From NCBI GenBank assembly GCA_951406725.2, contig OX597824.1, forward strand, positions 44,640,001 through 44,704,000: a DNA stretch of 64,000 nucleotides, read 5' to 3'. The notes below the pieces were generated by a model that saw nothing but the letters and a program-made list of their open reading frames with translations, was not told the origin of the DNA and searched no databases. This document shows positions 40,001 through 51,250 of this stretch, one piece after another (position 1 is the first letter of the stretch; each line of letters begins with the position of its first letter). Origin of the DNA: Octopus vulgaris (taxonomy: Eukaryota). The translations under genes were made by a program, and so were the position numbers.

Positions 40001-40792
40001 ACTGGAGAAACACCATCACTGATTGCAGTGATCAAAATAACTCAATGATCTGTATGAAATTGGTGTCATGTAGTTGATGTCTTAGTTATTACACACATAC
40101 ATTAGCTGACTACTCACTTTTACTACAATCCTGTACGAAGCATCCTTATGGCTTTTTATTTCTAGAAAGAGAAGAAAAGTCTTTGGGTGAAATAGATGAT
40201 CCTACTGACATTGGATAGACACTGAGTAGATTGTAACACAAAGTATATTCTCATTCAACATATTAAAGCAGAAAAACCTCAAACCGATTAAAGATAGTGT
40301 TTTTATAATATAACATCTTCATTCAAGTGTATTTGAATTTTTTTTTTATTTATATTTTGTGGAAGTGTTATCACAAAAATGGTGTTTCTGAAATATTGCA
40401 TTTTTGTCTGACCTCCAGGTTTACTAAATAAAATTAAATTAATCTAAGACTTCATTTTGCTTGTTATTTATGAAATCAAATCCTTCTTTTCTCACCATCA
40501 CCTCCTTCCACACACTGCATATGTGTGCTTATATAGTTTCAAAAACTTATTAACATCATCATTTTAAACATTGTGACACATTTAAGATGATAGAATTCCA
40601 GTTTAAACAAAATTTAGCATTAGAATTACAATTTTAAATCAATTGAAGCATATATAAAAACTACCAATCCCAACTAACTTTGCTATCAAAATTTATGTTT
40701 CTGACAAATCTGCAAGTCATCAAAAATAACAACAGGAAGAACAATTTTTAATATTTTATGTACAAAAAGAAAATGTTTGTTAAGATGTGCAG

Positions 40793-41165
40793 CTACACAA
40801 ATTTTGATGCTATTGCAAGAATTTTTGTAAATTCCTTTCCTTGGCCTCTTAGCTGTGAGGGAATTGGAACACGGATCCGGGTACCTGTGGGGCTGTTGTT
40901 GTCCTCAACAAGAACTATGTTGTTTGTGTCAAACCTAGGCATCAGAGGCTTTTGCTTTTGCTTCAGTCCAACAATGTATGCCTTCTTTTTTTGTCCCTTT
41001 ATGGCAACCAGTATTTTGTCACCTATCATTCCAACTTGCTTTTGGTTGTAGACTTGGATCACACGTGCTGGGCGACCTGCAGCAGCTGCAGCTCTGCCAA
41101 TTGCACTATTGTCGACAACACGCATTCTTGCAAGCTTGCGAATTTCACAAAGACTTTGTGTTGTG
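40793..41165 (-). CDS. MRPL14: 39S mitochondrial ribosomal protein L14, last coding exon
   Basis: Acceptor ctcttttgcag on -. TTQSLCEIRKLARMRVVDNS...GMIGDKILVAIKGQKKKAYIVG...PRFDTNNIVLVEDNNSPTGTRIRVPIP...KILAIASKFV*, a classic uL14m sequence. Confidence 0.97.
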
Positions 41166-42473
41166 CTGCAAAAGAGATTAACATAACCAAAATCTTTTCA
41201 AAATCATAATCATTAAAATTTCATTTCACATTTGTTTTGTTATACTTTATATTATGTACCCAAGAGTATATACGTGGCACACAGTCAAACAGTACAGATA
41301 TGCTGTAGGGGTTATAAGTGTGGCCACTGTACAATCTCTATCATGAATAAAATATTTCCAGCTGAATGCTTGATATTTTATTTAAATACCTTAAGCTTTT
41401 GAGAATAGTTATTAATGCATTTATAATTTATTGGATTATTAACCTGATCTTCATACATTAAACACTATTTTCTGACTAAAAAATCCCTTGCCTAAAAGAC
41501 AGGAAACAGTTAGCAACAAGAAAGGTGCATGGCTATAAATGCCTTGATAAGTATTCATCCAGCTCATATTAGCAAGGTAAAAATGGATTTAAAATAAACA
41601 AAGATCAAGTTACACTTAATTTGCTCAGTATCAAAGCGTAAAGTTAATATAAGAAATATGTTTATTGCAATAAATAATGGAGTGTTGAACCTCTGGTGAG
41701 GTATGACAATTGAGATAGGTGAATGAAATAAAAACATCTTGACATGAAAAAAAAATCAGGCAAGTGCTGTTATCCCAATCCTTGAATTAATGTTACCAGA
41801 CAATATTTACAAATAGAGGCATAGCTGTGTAGTTAATAAGTTCACTTCCCGACCATATGGTTTCAGGTTCAGTCATACTGCATAGCACCTTAAGCAAGTG
41901 TCTTCTACTATAGCTCTAGGCCAAACAAAGCCTTGTGAGTAGATTCAATAGACAGAAACTGAAAACCCATCATATATATATATATATATATATATGATAA
42001 ATTTTCAATTTATATATATAATCTGAGACACACACACATATATGATGGATTTTCAATTTATTTAATCTGAAACATATATTTGAGTAGGAGTCTGTTTTGA
42101 TATTATGTATTAGTTGAAAGTGAGCATCCCTGTCACAAAGATGATGTCCATTTCTAATCTTCTGTAAAAATGCCCAACCATAGAAAAATATTACCTTGTT
42201 TGAAAAACAAGTGAGGGTTGGCAGTAGAAAATCCAATGTCAACAAACTCCATCTGATCCATACAAGCATTGAAAAGTAGACATTGAAACAATAATGATGA
42301 AGGAGGATAAGAAAAATGAGAAATGAGTGACAGGTGTTGCAGGAAAAAGGTGTACATTTAGAATATGCATTACCAGATATTGTTGAATTATAACAAGGAG
42401 TTGGCATAGATTTCTAAAAACATGGAAAAGGGTTCAGAAAACTATTTGTAAAAATTCAAATTGATTTTAGAAC

Positions 42474-44230
42474 CATCATCATCATCATTTAATATTTCGG
42501 ATGCTTTAACGTGCCACTGACACAGGCATCAATTTGCGTGACACCAGTATCTGCCATGACTGCGATTTTGCTCGGCTTGATGGGTCTTCTCAATCACGAC
42601 AATGCCAAAGGTCTCGATCATTGCCTGTGAGGCCCAACGCTCGAAAAGGAATTCAGCCACTTTGCTTCCGTGAGGCCCAACGCTTGAAAGGAACTCAGCC
42701 ATTTTGCCTACATGAGACCCAATGCTCAAAAGGTGTTCTTTACACACCACCAGCACAGGTGTACTTGGCTTGACAGGTCCCCTCAAGCACAGCACATCAC
42801 CAAAGGTCTTGGTAACTAGTCGTTCCCTCTGTGAAGCTCAAAGTTCAAAGATCATGCTTCACCACCGTGTTCCATGTTTTCCTGTGTCTACCTCTACTAT
42901 AGGTTCCCTCCACAGTTAGAGATCAGCACTTCTTTACACACCTGTCCTCATCCATACACATCATGACAATACCAACACAGTCGTCTCTCTTGCACATCAC
43001 ATCTGATACCTCTTATGCCTAACTTTTCTCTCAAGATGGTTACACTCTGTCAAGCATGCACACTGACATTGCACATCCAGCAAAGCATGCTGGCTTCATT
43101 TCTTTCAACTCTATGCATGTCCTCGGCTGTCACAGCTCATGTTTCACTGCCATGCAGCATAGCTGTTCACACACAGATACCAAACAATCTGCCTTTCACT
43201 CTGAGTGGGGTCCTTTGTTGCCAGTAGGGGTAGGAGTACTCTGAACTTTGCCCATCCTAATCTCATTCTCACAGCTACACTCATAGAGCATCCACCTCCA
43301 CTACTAACTTGGTCACCTAGATAATGGAAGCTATCTACTATCTCTAGCTTGTTCCCCTGGCCGTTGATGGAGTCTATTTTCTGCACATTTTCAGTGTTTA
43401 TTGTACCTGTGCATCTTCAACATACAAAGGCTGGTTTCCCTGTTAACCTTCCTCTGATGTTGCTGTACCTTTTGTATGTCCTAAGCTTACACTAGGTGCA
43501 TCTTATGGAGTTTCTACCTACACCTTTTCTACAGATTGAGCAGGGCTGTCTATCTAAAGGAACTTGTGATTTGTCTGCCTTCCTACTTATTAAGACTTTG
43601 ATTTTTGTTAGGTAAACTCTAAGGCCCTTTGATTTCAGACCTTGCATCCATACCTGGAACTTCTCTAGTTCAGGTAGTGATTCAGCTATAAGAGCAAGGT
43701 CATAAGCATAGAGGAGCTCTCAGGGGCAACCTGTCTTGAATTCCTCTGTTATTGCCTGGAGGACTATGATGAACAAGAGGGGGCTGAGCACCGATCCTTG
43801 GTGAACCCCTACTAGTACCCTGAATTCTTTGCTGTACCCATTGCCAACCCTCACCTTACTATTAGCATCCCTGTACATAACTTGTACAGCTCTCACCAAC
43901 CACTCGTCTATCCCTAGTTTCCGCACTGACCACCAGATAAGGGATCGGGGGACCCTGTCAAAGGCTTTTTCCAAGACAACAAAGGCCAAGTACAGGGGTT
44001 TATCTTTGGCTATGTATTTCTCCTGCAGCTGTCTCACCAGAAATATAGCATCAGTGGTGCTTCTTCCTGGCACAAAACCAAACTGCATCTCATCTAATTA
44101 GTTGGGCTATGACTCCCTCTGTAACTTTCATCACCTGATCCAGCAATTTCTAATTATTTCTAAGGCATCACCTTTACCTTTGTAGTACCTTTGTAGTAGT
44201 TGACTATGGTGCTGCTATGCCAGTCATTGA
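42474..44230 (-). mobile_element. RTE-clade LINE fragment (degenerate RT) in an MRPL14 intron
   Basis: ORF 43720-44088 QFGFVPGRSTTDAIF...AFDRVPR...GVHQGSVLSPLLF and ORF 43144-43386 FHYLGDQVSSGGG. (CAT)n tail at 42474. Confidence 0.93.
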
Positions 44231-44653
44231 TAAAATAATAAAGAAACACAGTATAAGACAAATTGTGTTTGGCCAGTTCATAAAATGAATAGTTCAGTCA
44301 TTAATCATGAAGTATTAGAGCATAAGATACACCAGCACTAATTATGTTTGGCCAGTATCAAGCCTTGAATTCTAGAAAACTATGAGAGAGAGGCTGAATA
44401 GCAGAGGAATTGAGTCATATTATATCAACTGATGGTATTTCATTATTTATATGCAGAACATTTCATTCTTTACTGCATCTGTTCACTTAGTTGATAGGAA
44501 TATATAAAAAGAACATTTAGACACATTCTATGCAATAGACTGGCAGCCTATCCATGGGAAGATTTATCGTTATTTTGCATTTGATGGCACCACTCAAGCA
44601 CTTTCATTTCTCTTCACCACCCAAAAATGACAAATCAAATTTGAGATATTTAC

Positions 44654-44730
44654 CAAAATGTCCGAGAAAAGCCAGTAGAAGTGATATTTGAAATACATGG
44701 AATACTGTTCCGCAAAATATTTCCAAACAT
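44654..44730 (-). CDS. MRPL14: MRPL14 first coding exon (mitochondrial transit peptide); exon extends to 44750 as 5' UTR
   Basis: atttttgcag acceptor at 44751, ATG at 44730, MFGNILRNSIPCISNITSTGFSRTF, donor gtaaat. Phase 2 joins in frame to 41165, giving a 149-aa protein. The peptide is R/S/T-rich with no acidic residues. Confidence 0.9.
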
Positions 44731-45339
44731 CTTGATTGGAAGGGTTACAACTGCAAAAATACAAAAAAAAGTATAATTCATATTTAATTAGACAATAAAA
44801 ATGTCAAGGTCCTAGACTGCAATATCACTGAATCAAATTCCTTACAGCTATTGTATGATGCCAGTCAACCTATCTAAAATCATTCAAATTTTCTATTCTA
44901 CTAAATATATATTTCTGTATATTTACCAAACTGTTATGGCAAGCTACTTCTATTGATTATGTTCAAAGAAAAAAATATAGAAACATGAAAGGAGTTGTCT
45001 TTCATACTGCCAGAAAAAAAAAGTTAGTGATCAACACATTTTTCTCAGCATATTTATTCTACTTATAAATTTAATTGATACTCACTCACCTAAAAAATAA
45101 TCTTTCCCTAATGAAATGAAACAAAACCTACTCCATCCTAAAAAAAAATTACTTCAATAATTCATAAGCAAATATTGCTCATTCTAGCAAATATTAGAAA
45201 AAACAAAATGCAGGTATTATATTTTGACTATATTATTGTTAGTATTTTCACATCAACAATGACAAAGTCTTAGGATAGACTAGTGCCTATTCCTGATATT
45301 AACACTCTTTTCATGGTTTGGTAAAGAGGAAATAGTAGT

Positions 45340-46100
45340 AAAAAATGACCTCAGCAGGCCTTTTGAGGTTGATGAGATTGATACAGCTGATATTTAGCTT
45401 GAATGTCTACAAATCAATTACCTGCAGGAAAAATGTGGGTGAAAAGGAAAACTCTTGGGCAAGGTTTGGTTATAGTGGTTAATGTTAACACTTGGAGTGG
45501 CAGACAGTGCGTATAAAGGACCAGTTATATCAGGTGATCTCTTTCTGTCAAAGCCCAGCTATCAAGGAACTTGACCATGAATTTAGTGATGGTCCAAGTT
45601 TCATATCCACATAGTAGGGTTGTCTTGATTGCTACTATGAAGATTCTTTTTGAGTTATCTGGAGAATTGAAGATTTAAATATTATTCATATCCATGAGTG
45701 TTTTCCTAAAAAAAAGTCTCTATGCACTTCGATATTCTTGATATCCCACTCCAAGTCTGCCAAGAATGATCTTAAGTACTTGATGCCAGAAACTTGCTTG
45801 AGCAAGGAATCTTCAACAGCCTTCAGTGATTCGTGGTCAGCTGTACTGTGGACTATGTATTCCATCTTTCTGAAATTTAACTCCAGATTGACTAACTTGT
45901 ATTCATACCCTACCCTTCACAAAAGGGCTTGATCATCTATGATTTTATTTGACAGCAAAGTTTTGTCATTGATAAAGTTTAAATCAGTCAGTGTCATCAA
46001 ACCAACCTTCCTGAATTTCCTCAAAGTAATCAGAAAACCCAACTCTTCATGGTCTCCATCTATTTGCTGCAGGCGAAAACGATGATGTCATGTATCAATT
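45340..46100 (-). mobile_element. Old degenerate LINE RT (RTE/RTE-X-like)
   Basis: Minus-strand LTDLNFIND..LLSN, VNLELNFRKMEY, LKQVSGIKYLRSF and TLLCGYETWTIT correspond to a decayed FADD...KYLG...LLYGCETW. Confidence 0.7.
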
Positions 46101-46623
46101 TCACACCCATGAAATCAGTTGTAAGCATTGATGTATTGCCTATATGAACAGGAATTAATCTTCTCTCTTTGCTCCCTTGTTCCACCTGGGCTCAACTCCC
46201 CTCTTCATCTGACACCTACTTCCTCTCTTCGTTCCTATCCACCTCTCCTCTCCTTTCTTGCCCTGACACCTACTTCCTCTCTTCACTCCTACCTACCTTC
46301 TCCCTTCGTTGATACCCCCTCCATCCACACCACACCCCCAAACATCCCACTCTCACATACCTCCACCCCACCCACACCCTGCACACACTAGAAGTGACCA
46401 CTTCACAGCACCCACACATTACAGATGCACACATCCACACAAAGTCACCAGCCCCTATCCACATGCACACACTTACACACCCTCACACACATGCACACAC
46501 CATTGTTTTAGGATCACCAGTACTTTATCATCTCCACTTCTTCCTAGCTCTCCTGTCCAACTACCTTTTTCTAACCAGTCACCAATTTTTTTTTATTCTA
46601 TCTCTGTTAATTTTCTTGTGTTC

Positions 46624-46659
46624 CTTTCTGTTGAAGAGTATAGGCTCAAAACATAAAAG
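46624..46659 (+). ncRNA. Degenerate hammerhead-like motif in a TA-flanked repeat
   Basis: CUUU-CUGUUGA-A-GAGU(AUAG)GCUC-AAAAC-AUA-AAAG. Several deviations fit CpG decay. Confidence 0.4.
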
Positions 46660-46743
46660 ACTTTCTCACCTTCCCGAGTGTCAAACTAATACACCTGTCT
46701 TTGTTTTTCTGTAAATTTCAACTATATATATATATATATATAC

Positions 46744-46946
46744 TTTATTATTATTAAAGCTGCAAAAACATCACAAAAATATCACAAAAAACTGCTATTC
46801 AGAGTTTCACATTCCCCTTCATCAGGCAGTTTAGATTGAGATCTATTTTCAATCTAAACTGTCCATCAAACGGGAACATAAAACTCTAAGTTGCAGCTTT
46901 TTATGTAATAATTTTGTGATGTTTTTGCAGCTTTAATAATAATAAA
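46744..46946. repeat. ~200-bp fold-back (inverted repeat) with hammerhead motifs in both arms
   Basis: Arms TTTATTATTATTAAAGCTGCAAAAACATCACAAAA...CAGTTTAGATTGA and TCAATCTAAACTG...TTTTGTGATGTTTTTGCAGCTTTAATAATAATAAA, with a ~9-nt loop. Confidence 0.85.
46789..46832 (-). ncRNA. Type I hammerhead ribozyme motif
   Basis: AAACUGC-CUGAUGA-AGGGGAAUGU-GAAAC-UCU-GAAUA-GCAGUUU. Perfect 7-bp stem I and intact core; stems II and III partly decayed. Confidence 0.7.
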
Positions 46947-47019
46947 ACATATTACTCTACCTCTGGTATTCAAGTACTATTTTTCCCCACCTTGCTTTAC
47001 ATTTATGTGATTACTTTGG

Positions 47020-47113
47020 TATATATATATATATATATATACGCATACATACATATATATATACATACATATATATATACATATACACACACATACATAT
47101 ACATATATACGTG

Positions 47114-47195
<82 letters not shown>
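47020..47195. repeat. (TA)n / (TACA)n microsatellite
   Basis: Directly visible. Confidence 0.95.
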
Positions 47196-47199
<4 letters not shown>

Positions 47200-47574
47200 C
47201 GAAATAATAGGATTGCAAGTTGTAATACAGGACAACTGTTTCAAGTGGTTCCATCTTATTGAACAATGCAATCATTACATCAATTTAAATACAGCTGCAC
47301 AAATATGGATTTTCAACAGACAAGATATATGAATATAATTTTCCTTAAATATTTTAACAGAGCAAGAGGATAGAAGAATTTCATGTTGTCACTATTGTAG
47401 CAAGAATAGCTAAGAGAACAGACTACTATTTTTAGAGTGGCATGGAACACAGTGGGGGCAGGGGGTGTCATAGGGTTGTAATTCATTTCCAATTTATCTA
47501 TCTCCTTATCATCAACTAAAATCTAAGACTAGAAGGCTGTGTATATTTAGAATAAAGAGCAAAGTGAGTTGACA

Positions 47575-47745
47575 GCTCATAGCACCAGCATGGCTGCTTT
47601 TATGTGGGACTGGCCAAGGCACTTTTATGTGACATTGGCATGGGCCCTTTTATGTAGTTCCAGCATGGATGCTTTTACATGGCAGTCACATGGGCACTTT
47701 TACATGACACCAGCATGGATGCTTTTACATGGCACCAGCACACAC
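47575..47745 (-). repeat. Short-unit tandem array derived from an RTE 3' UTR
   Basis: Repeats of GCATGGATGCTTTTACATGGCACCA-like units, the reverse complement of the array at 10460-10620. Confidence 0.65.
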
Positions 47746-48134
47746 AAGCTCACAAGATAAGGAACTCTCTGCTGAAAGAGGGATGTAGAGGACATGCTTG
47801 TATGTATGGACAGCCACAATTTTACTTAACTTGATATATCTTCTAAAGTATAGCATACTGCCAGTAGTCTTGGGTCTTTTTCAGAGACGGAGATTCCAGA
47901 AAATTGTCAAAAATCAGAATCTTGAACATTTTGCCCCCCCCCCATTTCTTCATTTTTCACTTTTTCCGTAATCCTAACCCTATAACCCCAACTGTAACCC
48001 TAAAACCCTAACCCTAAAACCCTAACCAGTAAAATTTTTGTAAATTTTTTCAGAATCATAATCTCTATATTTTTCCACATATCTTGACAAAAAAAAAAAT
48101 TTGTGAAAAAAAATATTTTTGGAAAATTTTTTCA

Positions 48135-48533
48135 GGAGTGGCTGTGTAGTATGTAGCTTGCTTACCAACCACATGGTTCCGGGTTCAGTCCCACTACGTG
48201 GCACCTTGGGCAAGTGTCTTCTACTATAGCCTCAGGCCAACTAAAGCCTTGTGAGTGGATTTGGTAGACGGAAACTGAAAGAAGCCCGTCGTATGTATGT
48301 ATATATATGTAAGTGTGTGTGTGTATATGTTTTTGTGTCTGTATCCTCCACCCCCCAACATCGCTTGACAACCGATGCTGGTGTGTTTACGTTCCCGTAA
48401 CTTAGCGTTCGGCAAAAGAAACCGATAGGATAAGTACTAGGCTTACAAAGAACACGTCCTGGGGTTGATTTGCTCGACTAAAGGTGGTGCTCCAGCATGG
48501 CCACAGTCAAATGACTGAAACAAGTAAAAGAGA
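48135..48533 (+). mobile_element. tRNA-derived SINE, full length
   Basis: GGAGTGGCTGTGT..CCGGGTTCAGTCCCACT head and GACTGAAACAAGTAAAAGAG tail. Confidence 0.88.
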
Positions 48534-49267
48534 GTAATCATAATCTCCGTATTTTTCCGCATATGTTGAAAAAAAAAATTCTGAAAAAAGTTTAAAGGGA
48601 AGAATTTAGGTGGGGGGGGTAATTTCAAAATGCCGACTGTTGCCAATCTTTTGCAGATTCGTATTCTACACAAACTCCCGTTTGTGTAGAAAAAAAATTT
48701 AATTTTAAAAAAGGGGTGGGTGGGGGGTATAAAAGGAAGTCTTGTCAAATTCTTTTCCATAAATACCTATATACTCTGAATCCACAGCGTTATTTGTTGA
48801 AAAGTTTGTTAAAAAGTATCAATTTTTCAGGAAGTTATGAGGCAACAAAGTCGATGGGGGTACAGATCTGTCGTTATGCCGGCTTATCATTATTGCTATT
48901 ACAGGTATTTCGCTTTTTGTTCAGAGACAAAGGTAAAATCTACACAAGGAACAAAAATGAACCTGTATGGCTCAACAAATATAAATATCCAACAAAGAAA
49001 ATTAACAGAATTAACACGACGAATACGGTTCTTTTTGTTGTAGCATCACAGGGTACTCTTTTGAAAGTGTTTCTTTAACATTTTGTTTCAGTCCCTTTCC
49101 GAATAAATATTAACTATTGTTTAGCCACCAAACGAAATGATACAAGCTTCAGTGAACTCATATATTCTAGGACCACCCAGCAATTTTTTTTTAAATGTTG
49201 AGAGCAACAACAATCATGGAAATACCTAGCTTAAAAAGGGGGAAAAAAAAGTAAGTATGCAACATAC

Positions 49268-49330
49268 CTTCTCGTGTCAGCTCAAGTTCATATTCGGTCG
49301 CGACTCTCAATAACACCGGAAGCTTATTGC
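49268..49330 (-). promoter_or_regulatory. MRPL14: Probable MRPL14 non-coding exon 1 and promoter
   Basis: Minus-strand donor GAAG|GTATGT at 49267. Locally CpG-rich (GGTCGCGAC) with an ETS/GABPA-type CCGGAAG at ~49316-49322. The exon at 44750 has an acceptor, so an upstream exon is required. Confidence 0.5.
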
Positions 49331-50272
49331 TTTATCTCCCTTTACGAAGCTTGCAAGCTATAAGACGGTGAGCTATTATTATTTAGTATAGCCTGGAAGG
49401 TATATTATTAACAGCTACCACTCCTGGGCCACAGATCGAGAGATGGAATCGTTGATTGGATACGAACCACCTACAAACTGATTGTATGATATAACAAATC
49501 CAGATAAAAATTATCTCCATTTGACACAGAATCTATGAATTATGTTACATGGGAAAGCCGAGGTAAACAGTATAGGGGAGGTCACTCTGAGGAAACTTGT
49601 GATAGTTTGTGGCGAAAGCAGCCCAACACAACTGTCTCTTTAACCGAACGGCTAGGTCTCGAAGCATTAGATTCTTTTCTTTTCACTTGGATTGTCATAT
49701 GTTCGTATTTTCTAGGTCATCTGGATTCAGGTGTCAAAATTTGCGTTCAGGAAGAATGTCTAAAATCCTTTAAAAGCCTGGATTTTTATTAATACACTAT
49801 TAAAAAAATGTTTTCTTTTTATAGCTCCCAAGAAAAAAGAAAAATAATTCCATGACTATTTGTGCGTCAATAGGGTAGGCAACATCAATTATAGACCACA
49901 TATTTTCAACTTGCTCACCACCACTATTATATTCGATACCTAGGGAAAAGGAACTCATATATGTAAATAAGCAATTAAAATAAACACACCACATTGTTCA
50001 TTTACAAAATCAAAGTTACGTAAAAAAAAAATCGTTTCATGGAATCTGTAACGATTTATATCTACCCAATAAATGAGAGGAAGAAAAATATTAGTAATTG
50101 ATACAGCCTTTATTTGTTCGTTACAATGTAAGATACAGCTTCTTCGAGTTGTTGTTATACATAGGCTATTTGCCGTTTTGTTATCCATTCTGTAGGTAGT
50201 TAAGTTCATCTTTTGTTGACTGCTAGGAAAACGGATAGAATGAGACAGAAAGAGTTAAAGGATCTACCAATC

Positions 50273-50537
50273 GGTGCTCTTTTAGCGTATTATCTTCAAG
50301 GGAAATTACTGTCGGTTACTTTTAAATTTATTTTGTGTTGGTGCTACTTTCCATGTGATCTACGTGAGCAAATTTATTTTGGTGAGTGATTACGCGCTTA
50401 TTTTGATTATTATATGGTTTTCTTATAATTAAAATAGTAAGAATTTTGTAAAAATACATTTACAATGATATGTACAAAATAATTAAAAAAGTAACCTAAA
50501 GTAATCTCCCTTGTAGATCAAATGCCAAAAGAGCACC
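50273..50537. mobile_element. MITE with ~65-bp imperfect TIRs
   Basis: GGTGCTCTTTTAGCGTATTATCTTCAAGGGAAATTACTGTCGGTTACTTTTTAA versus the reverse complement of TTAAAAAAGTAACCTAAAGTAATCTCCCTTGTAGATCAAATGCCAAAAGAGCACC. Confidence 0.75.
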
Positions 50538-50904
50538 TACCTATCTGTGTTGACCGGTAGAGAGGATGATAGTTGTGTAGTCGGGCAATGACAAGCCATA
50601 CGTGAAGTACACCTTTTGGCCAGGGGCCAAGAGAAAAGGATAAAATCGAATTTGGGTTCTATATTTATATTTATTGTAACTAAATTAGGTCAGGCTAAAC
50701 AAGGAATTTTCTGCCTCTTATCAGCCCTGACCTAAATTTGACTTGAAATGGTCAGTTAAAGAATAGAACTGATCTGTTTGTGACAGTTGACTCTCATAAA
50801 TTTCTAAGTGTGCACTTATAATCTTGGAGAAAAATCTAGGCTAGGTTTTGAATCTTGGCTAAGAATCTAGGAAGTTATTCATAACAGAAGATAATCGTTC
50901 TCAC

Positions 50905-51250
50905 AGTGACAATACTCTTCTCAATATGTGTGATGTACCAGCAAAAACAACCTTTACATTTCTTGCAGAGATGGTAAACTAGTGATCATTCTTAAATAAT
51001 TTTCAGTTCCTTTTTTGATCATTCCTAGAGCTACTACAATTACTGGTGTTGTAATTGCCTTTAGATGCCAGATTTTTTTTATTTTCAATGAGAAGATCTT
51101 TCTATTTTCTGAGCTTGTCAAATTTTTTTGCAGAAATATTATGATCACAAGGGATACTCATGTCGATCAATGAACAAACTTTATTATTTTGGTCTTTTAC
51201 AACAATATCCAGTTTATTAGCTTTGATAGTTCTGTCTGTGTACTGGAAAG
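50905..51250 (-). mobile_element. R4/Dong-like non-LTR retrotransposon 3' end (REL endonuclease), degenerate
   Basis: ANKLDIVVKDQ, LIDMSIPCDHN, IWHLKAITTPVIVVALGMIKKG and GTSHILRRVLSL. Confidence 0.8.

Noticed and set aside
40758-41209. Plus-strand ORFs over MRPL14
   Set aside because: Antisense shadows of the MRPL14 exon.
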